DNA of 64,000 bases, taken from Octopus vulgaris. Taxonomy: Eukaryota. Shown piece by piece: positions 15,479-26,639 of this stretch. The stretch is taken from assembly GCA_951406725.2 (NCBI GenBank), contig OX597821.1:116870001-116934000 (forward strand), given 5' to 3'. The stretch's first letter is position 1. Each line of letters starts with the position of its first letter. The notes under the pieces were generated by a model. It did no database searches. It was not told where the DNA came from and worked only from the letters and a program-made list of their open reading frames with translations. The position numbers and the translations under genes are program-made.

Positions 15479-15837
15479 ACATATACATATACATATATGT
15501 GTGTGTGTGTGTACACACATATATACATTTATACACACGCACATACATATATATATATATATATTTATATACATATCTTTTGCCGTTTCCCTGTTTCAAT
15601 CGTAAGACTACTGGCATGTTGTGGCTCCACCTTTAAGAATTTTAGAGGAACGAATCAAGCTCAAAACACATTGTTTCTTAAGCTTGTTACTTATTTTATC
15701 AGTCGCTTTGTCGAACCGCTGAGATACGGAGACGTGTACCAGTAGAAAACACTTAGCCATGTTGCCACACCATGGAATTGAAACCGGAACCACAAAGCAA
15801 GATTCACACCTAGCACCTATATACATATATTGGATAT

Positions 15838-16420
15838 CTATTTCTTTATTGCCCACAGGTGGCTAAACACAGAGGGGACAGACAAAGGGATTAATTCTAT
15901 TACATTGACCCCAGTGCGTAACTTGTACGTAATCGAAGTTGAAACGATGAAAGGCAAAGTCGACCTCGTGTGAATTTGAACTCAGAACGTAACGGCAGAC
16001 GAAATACATATTTCTTTACTACCGACAAGGGGCTAAACACAGAGAGGACAAACAAGGACAGACAAACGGATTCAGCCGATTATATCAACCCCAGTGCGTA
16101 ACTGGTACTTAATTTATCGACCCCGAAAGGATGAAAGGCAAAGTCGACCTCGGCGGAATTTGAACTCAGAACGTAACGGCAGACGAAATATTTATTTCTT
16201 TATTACCCCAAGGGGCTAAACACAGACGGGACAAACAAGGACAGACAAACGGATTAAGACGATTATATCGACCCCAGTGCCTAACTGGTACTTATTTAAT
16301 CGACCCCGAAAGGATGAAAGGCAAAGTTGACCTCGGCGGAATTTGAACTCACAACGTAGCGACAGACGAAATACCGTTTGGCATTTTGCCTGGTGTGCTA
16401 ACCATTCTGCCAGCTCACCA
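15838..16420 (-). mobile_element. Family-A SINE trimer
   Basis: Three head-to-tail ~170-185 bp units, each ending (on +) in ..cagacgaaata; only the last carries the full tRNA-like head. Confidence 0.9.
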
Positions 16421-16466
16421 CTCTTACAAATATTATTTATCGTTTCATCTCTATTATTGCTTGACA

Positions 16467-16675
16467 ATGGCTAAACATGAAATTCCGAGCTTGCAATTTG
16501 TGAAATTTTAGCTTCCAAAATAAAATGTTATTTTGTCAGTTTTATTTATAACAATGCATTCGTGAATTGTATATATTTGTTTTTGAAAGAATTTAAAAAA
16601 ATAATAAAGCACGTGTGTGTGTATGTGTGTGTATGTGTGTGAATGTGTATGTGAATGTGTGTGTATGTATGTATT

Positions 16676-16709
<34 letters not shown>

Positions 16710-17428
16710 TGTATGTGTGTGTGAATGTGTGTGTGTGTCTGTGTGTGTGAATGTGTGTGTACGTGTGTGTGTACGTGTGTGTGTATGTGTGTGTGTATGT
16801 TAAAATAATATAATTATTTTAAAGCACTTTCTCATAACTGAGCACTTAATGGTGGCGTGACTCAATGCTTAGAGGAGAGTGAAATATATTCTTTTCTACT
16901 CTAGGCACAAGGCCCGAAATTTTAGGGGAGGAGGCCAGTCGATTAGATTGACCCCAGTACGTAACTGATACTTAATTTATCGACCACGAAAGGATGAAGG
17001 GCAAAGTCGACCTCGGTGGGATTTGAACTCAGAACATAAAGGTAGACGAAATACCGCTAATCATTTCGCCCAGCGTATTAAGGTTTCTTCTTTCTTTATT
17101 GCCCATAAGGAGCTAAACATAGAGGGGACAAATAAGGACAGACAAAGGGATTAAGTCGATTATACCGACCCCAGTGCATAACTGGTACTTAATTTATCGA
17201 CCCCGAATGGATGAAAGGCAAAGTCGACCTTGGCGGAATTTGAACTCAGAACGTAACAGCAGACGAACTACCACTAAGCATTTCGTCGGGCGTGCTAACG
17301 CTTCTGCCAGCTCGCTGCCCTCAGAGTGAAATATATTGTGAAGAGCCGGTTGACTGGGTCTTCTCAATACACATTTTGAAAGCTAAAATTTCACAAATTG
17401 CAAACTCGGAATTCCATGTTTAGCCCTT
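16467..17428. mobile_element. MITE-like element with ~55 bp TIRs, hosting a SINE dimer
   Basis: The left end ggctaaacatgaaattccgagcttgcaatttgtgaaattttagcttccaaaa is the near-perfect reverse complement of 17372-17426. Confidence 0.75.
16891..17322 (-). mobile_element. Family-A SINE dimer with 15-bp TSD
   Basis: TSD agagtgaaatatatt at 16876-16890 and 17323-17337 flanks both units together. Confidence 0.92.
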
Positions 17429-17518
17429 CTTTATTTTCTCTCCTTGTTTCTTTTTGTGTTCCTTTCTGTGGAAGAGCATAGGCTCGAAACGTTAAAGAGT
17501 TATTTTGTTAATTCTCCC

Positions 17519-17585
<67 letters not shown>

Positions 17586-17642
17586 CATTATTGGTGAATT
17601 GAAGAAATGGAGCTGAACGCAGATTGAACAGAAATCGTTTTA

Positions 17643-17732
17643 TTTCATTCTACACGTGTTTCGAAAGGCACAAATTACCAAAATCCGATGGAATAATGGG
17701 ACCATATTGTGTCTTTCTCTTCAGGAAGAAAA
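17643..17732 (-). ncRNA. Type I hammerhead ribozyme (Penelope/retrozyme-type, minimal palindromic stem III, extended stem II)
   Basis: The minus strand reads ttttcttc-CUGAAGA-gaaagacacaa..ttgtgcctttc-GAAAC-ACGU-GUA-gaatgaaa. All core nucleotides are canonical, stem I pairs 7/8, stem II pairs 10/11, stem III is the palindrome CACGUG, and AATAAA follows immediately. Confidence 0.85.
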
Positions 17733-17892
17733 TAGGAAATCCGTTGGAAAAACAAAAACAGAACAGAGGCGGAGCAAAAACAAATCGAACTATGCTCCTA
17801 AGAGCCCATGGCGAAACTGCTGTGATTTTTGCTACTAAGGTATCGGTTAAACTTTTGATTAATCTACTACAAGATTATTCATCTTTCTATTT

Positions 17893-17954
<62 letters not shown>

Positions 17955-17957
<3 letters not shown>

Positions 17958-18758
17958 GGTCTCCCAAATGTTACTGATGGATTTCAACTTTTAATAACTT
18001 CCTTAACTTTACAAATAAATGCTTGAAATTTTGATACAATATAAAAGACATAATGGAAATTATATGCACAAGTCAAATTCTGCATATCCATGCTCTTTCC
18101 AAAACTTGCACTATAACACCCTCAAGAATTTCAGACCCCACTTCTCTGATTTCTCAATTGATGTTCTTCAGTTGCACCAGGGTCCCCAGTTTGTTGACGT
18201 AAACCCTCTCTTTCAGGTATCCATGATCGAGACCCTTTTTGTGCCCGCCTATTCAAAGTAGACCTCACGTATGGTTCCAGCAAGATGGGGCAACTGCTTA
18301 TACTGCAAGATAAACAATACAGTTGCTACGACAGAGCTTTGGAGAGAGAATAATCTCCCGCTATGTCAATATCAACTGGCCTTCACGTGCCCCAGACTTG
18401 ACTAGCCAGGCTTTTTTCTTGTAGGGATACCTGAAAGAGCGGGTTTATGTCAACAAACCGGGGACCCTGGTGCAACTGAAGAAGAACATCAATAGAGAAA
18501 TCAGAGAAGTGGGGTCTGAAACTCTTGAGTGCGTTATGGTGCAAATTTTGGAAAGAGCACGGGCGCGCGAAGCCAAAAATGGCTGTCATTTAGGCGATGT
18601 CATTTTTTGTATGTTATGTAGTAGTGTTTCAAAATTTGACTTGTGCATATTAATTTCCATTATGTCCTTTATATTGTATCAAAATTTCATGTATTTATTT
18701 GTAAAGTTAAGGAAGTTATTAACAATTAAAACCCGTCAGTGACTTTTGGGACACCTTG
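17955..18758 (+). mobile_element. Non-autonomous rosa/DD41D mariner derivative with ~270-330 bp inverted arms, TA-flanked
   Basis: Ends TA|cagggtctcccaaatgttactga..tcagtgacttttgggacaccttg|TA. Internal translation WFQQDGATAYTAR*..WPSRAPDLTSQAFFL*GYLKERVYVNKP..GCHLGDVIF has 41 residues between the QQD aspartate and the (mutated) third-D position. Confidence 0.88.
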
Positions 18759-19410
18759 TATATAAGTATTCTACCCACACAGATATATATATATACATAC
18801 ATATCTATATATATATATATATATATATATAATACGAAATATGTCTGTCTGTGAAATTCGACTTATCTGTTGAAGTTCACATTAGCGTTGTATTAGTACA
18901 TGATAACTTTTGAAGTTTACGTTCAATTTTAACTTTACGGGACACATTGGTTACCCATTGCCTAAAGATGATGTTGAAGACACTGTCTATACCCAGAACA
19001 AGCAAGGGGACTCCCAGGGGAGCAGTAAGCAACGGCGAGTCATTTATGAATTTGGCTACTAATGGTCATAGCTTCGATAATTGGTAGTCCCATAAAATGA
19101 ATTTCGATTCAGTTGTTATTCATTTACTACAGATGAAGTTACAGTGAGGCACATTTACTTCCATTTCAATCCAGCAAGAAGACGCCCTTGAGGCCAATGA
19201 GCCTAAATCATTAACCCGTATAAGTTTAAACTGCCACAATAAAACACCATCAGTACCTCACGAGTTTATCATGGTTATTGGCTGCCATAAGATAAAGTAC
19301 CACACATTCGTTATCACTTGAATTCTGCAAGGGAACACCCTTGGGGGGGGCAGCGAGCCCCTTTGGACCACTTTTAAAGTTCATATTATGGTCGTAGCAA
19401 AGCATTTTAA

Positions 19411-19650
19411 GTGTTTCTTTATTACCCACAAGATGTTAAACATAGAGGGGACAAACAAGGACAGACAAACGGATTAAGTCGATTATATCGACCCCAGTGC
19501 GTAACTGGTACTTAATTTATCGACCCCGAAAGGATGAAAAGCAAAGTCGACCTCGGCGGAATTTGAACTCAGAACGTAACGGCAGACGAAATACGGCTAC
19601 GCATTTCGCCCGGCACCGCTAACGGTTCTGCCAGCCCCTCCCCGCCTTAC
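19411..19650 (-). mobile_element. Family-A SINE monomer with 15-bp TSD
   Basis: TSD agcaaagcattttaa at 19396-19410 and 19651-19665. Confidence 0.92.
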
Positions 19651-19964
19651 AGCAAAGCATTTTAACTTCTGGAAATAACAAACAATTTAAACGAAAGTTG
19701 ATGCATCGGTTTCTCATGTCCTACAAATGGAGGAGCGAAATTTTAAATCCCCGCCACGACTAAACTTTTGCTTGCTTAGTTAACTTGAGAATGATTGAAT
19801 TTAATTTTGCATCCGGTTGTCTCCCCTGTGTAATTGCACCACAATTAAGTGTGAAATGGGGAGTTAAATTTGTTTTTTCCTTGAACTTTGGCATCATTTC
19901 ACACTCCTAACCAAGGAAGCGCAATTTAACCCAGTTGTTAATCTAAACACCTACTATATGTGGA

Positions 19965-20397
19965 TTGTTAATTACCCCACAGAATGTCTTAACTCCCTGG
20001 ACCCTCCTGGATTGCCGCCGCACTTATTGCTCCTCAGGAATTTGGAAAGCGTCTGGTCGTCCAAAAGGCGATGCCTCATGCTACTGAAGCAACAATACTT
20101 ACAGGATATGGTAAGAGGGATACTGTCTTCATGCCAAGGATACCTCTCATTCCATCCTGTAAAGACATTCCTTTCACATTCAGAAGGATGCAATTACCGC
20201 TCCGGCTCAGTTTCGCCATGTCGATTAACAAATCACAGGGTCAGACGCTTACGGTCATAGAGCTTAATTTAGAAGAACCATGCTTCTCCCATAATCAACT
20301 ATATGCTGGCTGCTCTCGAGTGGGGAACCGACAAAACCTATTTGCTTTTGCAACTCGCGAGAAAACCCAAAATGTTATTTATAAGGAAGTTTTGTAG
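19965..20397 (+). pseudogene. Helitron RepHel PIF1-like helicase C-terminal fragment
   Basis: YPTECLNSLDPPGLPPH..LLRNL (deletion/frameshift) GKRLVVQKAMPHATEATILTG..VFMPRIPLIPS..PFTFRRMQLPLRLSFAMSINKSQGQTL..LEEPCFSHNQLYAGCSRVG..TQNVIYKEVL*, the typical Helitron helicase terminus. Confidence 0.92.
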
Positions 20398-20970
20398 GCG
20401 CCCTATCCGCCAAAAAGTAATCGCTGTTTTCTTTTTGCATAAGTGCTTACATTTGCTGTATCCGTGAGCTATTTTTGTCCTTTTGACAATACCACGTACA
20501 CCTCTGAGGTTGCTTTTGCTATACGTTATAAATGTTCACTGTCTCCGTTTTTCGCATTTATATGTTGCTATCACGCTTTGCTATCGATGTTCCGTAGTTT
20601 TAACTTAATTAATCTACTTTTCCCTACATCTTATTTACATATCGTTTTGACATTCCAGCGTGATCTTGCCAAGGCCGCTTTTGTGGCCACCGACTTTTAC
20701 ATGCTTTTCTAGATTGCAATTTTAAACAACAAGCAAACCAAATGCGACGTATCAAAGAGATGTGAAGAACTTCTTAAGGGCCACCGCATCTAATCGGAGT
20801 CGTCTTTACTGACAGCTTTGCCGCTGGGACTTATAAGAGTGAACGATTCAAAGCCCTCTTCAGGGCTACCAAGTTTAAATTGTTACCATCGGATTCATCT
20901 TTGCTGGCAGCAACGCCGCAGAGATATTCCATGGTGAAGGTTCAAAGGCCCTGCTTATGGTCAACACTTG

Positions 20971-21070
20971 NNNNNNNNNNNNNNNNNNNNNNNNNNNNNN
21001 NNNNNNNNNNNNNNNNNNNNNNNNNNNNNNNNNNNNNNNNNNNNNNNNNNNNNNNNNNNNNNNNNNNNNN
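20971..21070. other. Assembly gap (100 N)
   Basis: Run of N. Confidence 1.
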
Positions 21071-21125
21071 TTACATAATAGTTCAGTCAAACCATCGGTT
21101 TTCCCATGACAACATGTTCTCTTAC

Positions 21126-21194
<69 letters not shown>

Positions 21195-21400
21195 AGATAA
21201 TGGTGTCATTGAGACCCAAATGTGTCAGGTAATGCTGAATAAGTGCTATAGACAGACAATAGTTAAGTTCCAGATTCGGTAAATATTGCGAATAAAGGGT
21301 TCAACGTTGGTTCTATGTCAGCGTGTGTATATAAGAATTTTTTGCGTAATAAGATAAAAAACCAAGGCTGTGTAGATATTAGAGCATTTATAGATAGAAG

Positions 21401-21452
21401 GTCTTACAGCTGTTTCTAGGATATTTATTAATTATATCCTTTCATCGGAGAC
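21401..21452 (-). ncRNA. Type I hammerhead ribozyme-like motif (variant core)
   Basis: Minus strand: gtct-CCGAUGA-a-aggatat-aattaataa-atatcct-a-GAAAC-AGCU-GUA-agac. It has a 4-bp stem I, a 7-bp stem II and the palindromic CAGCUG stem III, but carries U4C and an unpaired A-A at the base of stem II. Confidence 0.7.
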
Positions 21453-21574
21453 GGTGTGAGAGGAAAAATTAAGTCATAGTTAGTTTCGATGTGCTAGTTA
21501 AGTCATACTTAGTTTAGATATATATATGCGTGCGTGTGTATGTGAGTGTGAGTGTGTGTGTGTATTCCTTTATG

Positions 21575-21769
21575 TGTTTCAGTAATTAGACTGTGGCCAT
21601 GCTGGAGTAGCGGCTTCAGTCGAACAAATCGACCCCAGTGCTTATTCTTTGTAAACTTAGTACTTATTCTATCGGTCTCTTTTGCCGAACTGCTAAGTCA
21701 CGGGGACGTAAACACACTAGCATTGGTTTTCAAGCGATGGTGGTGGGGACAAACACACACACAGATACA

Positions 21770-21844
<75 letters not shown>

Positions 21845-22009
21845 TTTTGTACGATGGCTTCTTTTCAGTCTCCGTCTACCAAATCCACTCGCAAGGCTCT
21901 GATCGCCTCGAGGCTATAGTAGAAGACAGTTACCCAAGGTGCCACGCAGTGGGATTGAAACCGGAGGCATGTAGTTAGAAAGCAAGCTTCTTACCACACA
22001 GCTACGCCT
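21575..22009 (-). mobile_element. Family-B SINE
   Basis: Reverse complement of the family-B consensus with internal (CA)n(TG)n. Confidence 0.85.
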
Positions 22010-22731
22010 ATATATTCACTTATTTTCCCTTCACACGTACATTTTCCTCATTACTACTCTTTTTTTTTACTTTCTCCTCTCTTTATCTTCCTCTTCTCCA
22101 TGTTTCTCTAAATACTTCGTTCTCTAATTTTATTTTAAATCTTCGCTTCTTGCCTATTCCACCATCCCGACCTATACTTGTCGCCATGACCTCTTCAGGA
22201 ACTTCGCCATATTGACTCTGCGATCTAACCACCACCACCGCCACCGCCACCACTACCTCCGTCTCACCACCCACGTATAACATATATATTAACCTCAAAA
22301 GTGATTCACAGGGAATCATAATGTCACCGATTTCAAAATACAGTCAGTTCCGAGATTTATTCACGACTCCTCCTATCTGGTTGGGAGCTAAATAAGTTTC
22401 AGCTCGACCTGCTAGAAATAGCTGGTAAATCTCCAATAAATCACATCATAGAGCCTTTTAAAAGAAAGGACACATGTAATAATGTAGTCCTAGGTTGACG
22501 GTGCCAGCGTAAAAAAACAAACAAAAAAAAATGATAATCATACATATTCTTAACTCTTTTGCATACAAACCGGCCTTTTCAGGCCCAAACATTCTATCTG
22601 TGTTGTGTTCAAACTCACCAGATTCTGGCCTCTCACACCTACCCTGCAAGGTCATTTTAAAAATAAACAAACGCATCATCAAATCTCGAAGCTTCAAGAT
22701 AACGTATGATTAATTCAAAATAATGTGATTA

Positions 22732-23240
22732 CAAGGTTGGCCAAAAGTCACCTGACAGTAATTCAAAACCCATTTAATTCCAAGGTTAAAACAAAAAATT
22801 ATCTTATATGAGACTTCGCTAATAAATTGACAAATGTCGAAAAACACTGATTTTAACTCACAGCATTCAATTATTAAACATTAATAATTGGAATGAATAA
22901 ATTAAATTGACTTTTACGTATTTATGTGGAGGCGCGTTGCTTAGTGGTTAGGGTGTCAGCATCATGATCGTAAGATTGTGGTTTCGATTCCTGGACCGGG
23001 CGACGCGTTGTGTTCTTGAGCAAAACACTTCATTTCACGTTGCTCCAGGCCACTCAGCTGGCAAAAATGAGTAATGCTATGATGGACTGGCGTCCCGTCC
23101 AGCTGGGGAACACATACGACATAGAAACCGAGAAACCGGGCCCATGAACCTGGCTAGGCTTTAAAAAGGCGCATTTATTTATTTTTTTATTAAGTATTTA
23201 TAGAATTTTGATTTACTGTCAGGTGACTTTTTGCCAACAT
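22732..23240. mobile_element. Tc1/mariner-type MITE
   Basis: TA|caaggttggccaaaagtcacctgacagtaa..ttactgtcaggtgactttttgccaac inverted termini; the right end is clipped. Confidence 0.75.
22926..23190 (+). mobile_element. Family-D tRNA-derived SINE
   Basis: gtggaggcgcgttgcttagtggttaggg..gtttcgattcc (A/B boxes), tail gatggactggcgtcccgtccag..; flanked by a gtatttat duplication. Confidence 0.85.
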
Positions 23241-23571
23241 TTGACAGAATAATCTGAATGTTAAAATGTTAAATATCCAATTAAAGACATTTTATTTTAA
23301 TTTCGCAATACGACAGCAAGCTGGCAGAATCGTTAGGACATCGGACAAAATGCTTAGCAGAATTTACGTTCTAAGGTCAAATATCATCGAAGTCAAATTT
23401 GCCTTTCATCTTTTCGAAGTTGATAAAATAAGTACCAGTTGAAGAGTGTGATCAATGCAGTCGACTTGACCCAACCCTAAAATCGCTAGCTTTTACCAAA
23501 ATTTGAAAGCATTTTATTGATGCAATGATTGATTTGACAGGGAATGCATGAATGACACAACACACTATTTC

Positions 23572-23948
23572 CAAACCTGGGTACCAAACCGTTAATCGTT
23601 AATTAACGAAGTCAACAATTTCGTTAACGATTTAATTTTTAAGTTAACTTTGGAAATCATTATCGGACTAATTAACTTCCGTTAACTCAAGTCAAATTTA
23701 GTTAACTTCCGTTAACTTCAATTGAATTGAAGTTAACAGATTTTATAGTTTTGGCACATTTAAAGGGTATTTTAGATAGTTTTAGAGCAAAGCCTTTTTT
23801 TAATTTTTCAGTAATAATAATTAACGGTCTGTCGATAACTTTGGTTACATTTTAAAATTAAGTGATTGACGGTTATTGAAGTTAACTTTTTGGTTAACAG
23901 ATTAAGAGTTAACGAAGTTAACTTTTCGATTAACGGTACTCACCTTGG
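23572..23948. mobile_element. hAT-type MITE with 8-bp TSD and many GTTAAC subterminal motifs
   Basis: TSD actatttc at 23564-23571 and 23949-23956; imperfect 14-bp TIR; left end alignable to the hAT end at 46478. Confidence 0.8.
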
Positions 23949-23981
23949 ACTATTTCACCTTCCTTTATCTCGCTGTGGCTG

Positions 23982-24395
23982 TTTGTTTGTTTGTTTGTTT
24001 GTTGAGCGAAGCGGTCTTCGTCCCAGAGCTCGCAAGATCGCGCCTCAGCATTGTCGGTAGTAGGAGAACTCCGAAACGTGGTCCTTTGCTATTCGTAAGA
24101 CCCGCAGAAGAGAAAGCTGGTCAACCTCCGACACCGAGTGCATCGACGGATGGATGAATGCGCATCCAGGCTCAGCGGTTGAGTAGGAAGTCGGGAAACA
24201 AGAAACAGGAAGAAAGAGTGAGAGAAAGTTGGAGCGAAAGAGTACAACAGGGGTCGCCACCACCCCCTGCCGGAGCCTCGTGGAGCTTTAGGTGTTTTCG
24301 CTCAATAAACACACACAACGCCCGGTCTGGGAATCGAAACCGCGATCCTCCGGCCGCCAGTCCGCTGCCCTAACCACTGGGCCATTGCGCCTCCA
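23982..24395 (-). mobile_element. Family-C tRNA-derived SINE with (CAAA)n tail
   Basis: Minus-strand head tggaggcgcaatggcccagtggttagggcagcggac..gtttcgattccc; near-identical to 50056-50407. Confidence 0.9.
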
Positions 24396-24763
24396 CTGCT
24401 GTGGTTGTGGATCGTTTTCAAAAGGAAATTAATACCGAAATTCAAGAGATATTGAAATAAAAGCTCGACTATGAAGTGAATGTGATTACGCCATGACCTC
24501 AAACAGGAACGCTGAGGATTTAGTTGATCTGATGACTTGTTAAGTGACCCGATAAATGGGTCGTTTAAAATTTGGCAGGAAACTGGAGGAAGTACTTGGT
24601 AGGTACCAGACCTTCCATGAAACGGGATCTACAGGAAGCATGCTTGGATTACTCTTTAGTATAATGGTCAAGGAAGAGGGTGGAACATAAACTCATGAAG
24701 TGTAGGGTCGGGGTCGGTGAGGGGGGAGACGAGAGGCGGGAAATTTGACAAAGACAGATTGAA

Positions 24764-24799
<36 letters not shown>

Positions 24800-24803
<4 letters not shown>

Positions 24804-25104
24804 GCATGTTGATTTTTGTGTGTGTATGTGTGTGTATGCATGCTGATATATGTTTGTACGTGTGTTTGTATGTGTGTGTGTGCATGTTGGTTTATGTTTG
24901 TGTGTGTGTGCATGTTGATATATGTTTGTGCGTGTTTGTGTGTTTGTGTGTGTGTGTGAGCATGTTGATATATGCTTGTGTGTGTGTGCATGTTGATATA
25001 TGTTTGTGTGTGTGTTTGTGTGTGTATGTGTGTGTGCGTGTGTGAGTATGTTGATATATGTTTGTGTGTGTGTGTGTGTGTGTGTGAGCATGTTGATATA
25101 TGTT

Positions 25105-25145
<41 letters not shown>

Positions 25146-25198
25146 TGATATATGTTTGTGTGTGTTTGTGTGTGTGTGTGAGCATGTTGATATATGTT

Positions 25199-25229
<31 letters not shown>

Positions 25230-25310
25230 GCGTGTGTGAGTATGTTGATATATGTTTGTGTGTGTCTTTGTGTGTGTGTTAGCATGTTGATATATGTGTG
25301 TGTGTGTTTG
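24800..25310. repeat. Minisatellite: (gcatgttgatatatgtttg + variable (TG)n), about 12 copies
   Basis: The motif atgttgatatatgtttg recurs every ~30-60 bp. Confidence 0.9.
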
Positions 25311-25342
25311 TTAGTGAATCTGTGTTTGTGCGCGGGGTACAC

Positions 25343-25401
<59 letters not shown>

Positions 25402-25908
25402 TACATACTGAGAGAAAGAGAGAGAGAGAAACTAAGATAAAATATGCATAAAGCTACGGTTATGTGAGTGCAAATATCGTTCTTATGGTTGTTCAATCTT
25501 GTTCAAGCAGACCTGTGATCGAAAAGCATTCCATCTGTGAGCTTCCCGTTTATTTAATTTCCACATTCTCCAACTTGCCTTTCTTTAAATTATTAAGATG
25601 GCGAAGTGTGTGAATCACCATGTTTATCTTGTATCTCTTCGTTAGTTAGATATTTTCAAGGCGGACAATCACTGAGTCACTAAAATAGTGCAATAGTGAC
25701 AAAGGCGCAATTTGTAACGGAAGAGATTCGTTCAAAGAACATCATTTTTGCGCCGTTGTCTATAACATTTCCCAATATACAATGAATAATATAAACACGT
25801 CTCAGAGATTGCCCTGTCTATCGATCAAACGTTACCCACCTACCAAAACAAACGTTTGAGGGGTGAGGGATGTTCCAGCTGCGTAGTTAGAAGGATGATA
25901 AGGGTAGT

Positions 25909-26325
25909 AAGGCGGCGAGCTGGCAGAAACGTTAGCACGCCGGTCGAAATGCGTAGCCGTATTTCGTCTGCCGTTACGTTCTGAGTTCAAATTCAGCCGA
26001 GGTCGACTTTGCCTTTCATGCTTTTGGGGTCGAATGTATAAGTACCAGTTGCGCACTGGGTTTGATGTAATCGACTTAATCACTTTGTCTGTCCTTGTTT
26101 GTCCTCTCTGTGTTTAGCCCCTTGTGGGTAGTAAAGAAATAGGTATTTCGTCTGCTGTTTATGGTCTGAGCTCAAATTCCGTCGAGGTCGACTTTGCCTT
26201 TCATCCTTTCGGGGTCGATTAAATAAGTACCAGTTACGCACTGGGGTCGATGTAATCGACTTAGTCCCTTTGTCTGTCCTTGGTTGTCCCCTCTATGTTT
26301 AGCCCCTTGTGGGCAATAAGGAATT
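25909..26325 (+). mobile_element. Family-A SINE dimer
   Basis: Head ggcggcgagctggcagaaacgttagcacgcc, B-box-like gagttcaaattc, and two cores joined at gaaatag|gtatttcgtc. Confidence 0.9.
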
Positions 26326-26639
26326 AGATAAGGTGTAGTCCGCTTCAAGCGACGCTTATATGGGAGTTGCACTTTTGCGTCTGCTACCTAAGCCTGTATA
26401 AGGGCGGAGAGTGGGAGCAGAAACCGAGCGGCACGCCCTCTAGCTGCGGCACTGGGGCGTTCTCTGCTGTCGATCGTTGGGATTCTTTTTTTCCTGAACT
26501 GACTGTTTGTCCACCCTGAATAGAACTTTCTGATGAAAGTCAATAAGGTTTTAGAAAGGGTCGCATTATACTCGAAATGATCGACTTGAAGACCGAAGAA
26601 GTGCCGTGAACTGCAACTTGAACTGCAACGGAGACGTTG

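Larger units (their letters stand above)
22550..23272. mobile_element. TTAA-bounded (piggyBac-like) MITE containing two nested insertions
   Basis: Ends ttaactcttttgcat..atgttaaaatgttaa (imperfect TIR, TTAA on both sides). Confidence 0.5.

Noticed and set aside
24800-25310. CRISPR-like repeat/spacer appearance
   Set aside because: The spacers are (TG)n rather than unique sequence, the context is eukaryotic, and there are no cas genes.
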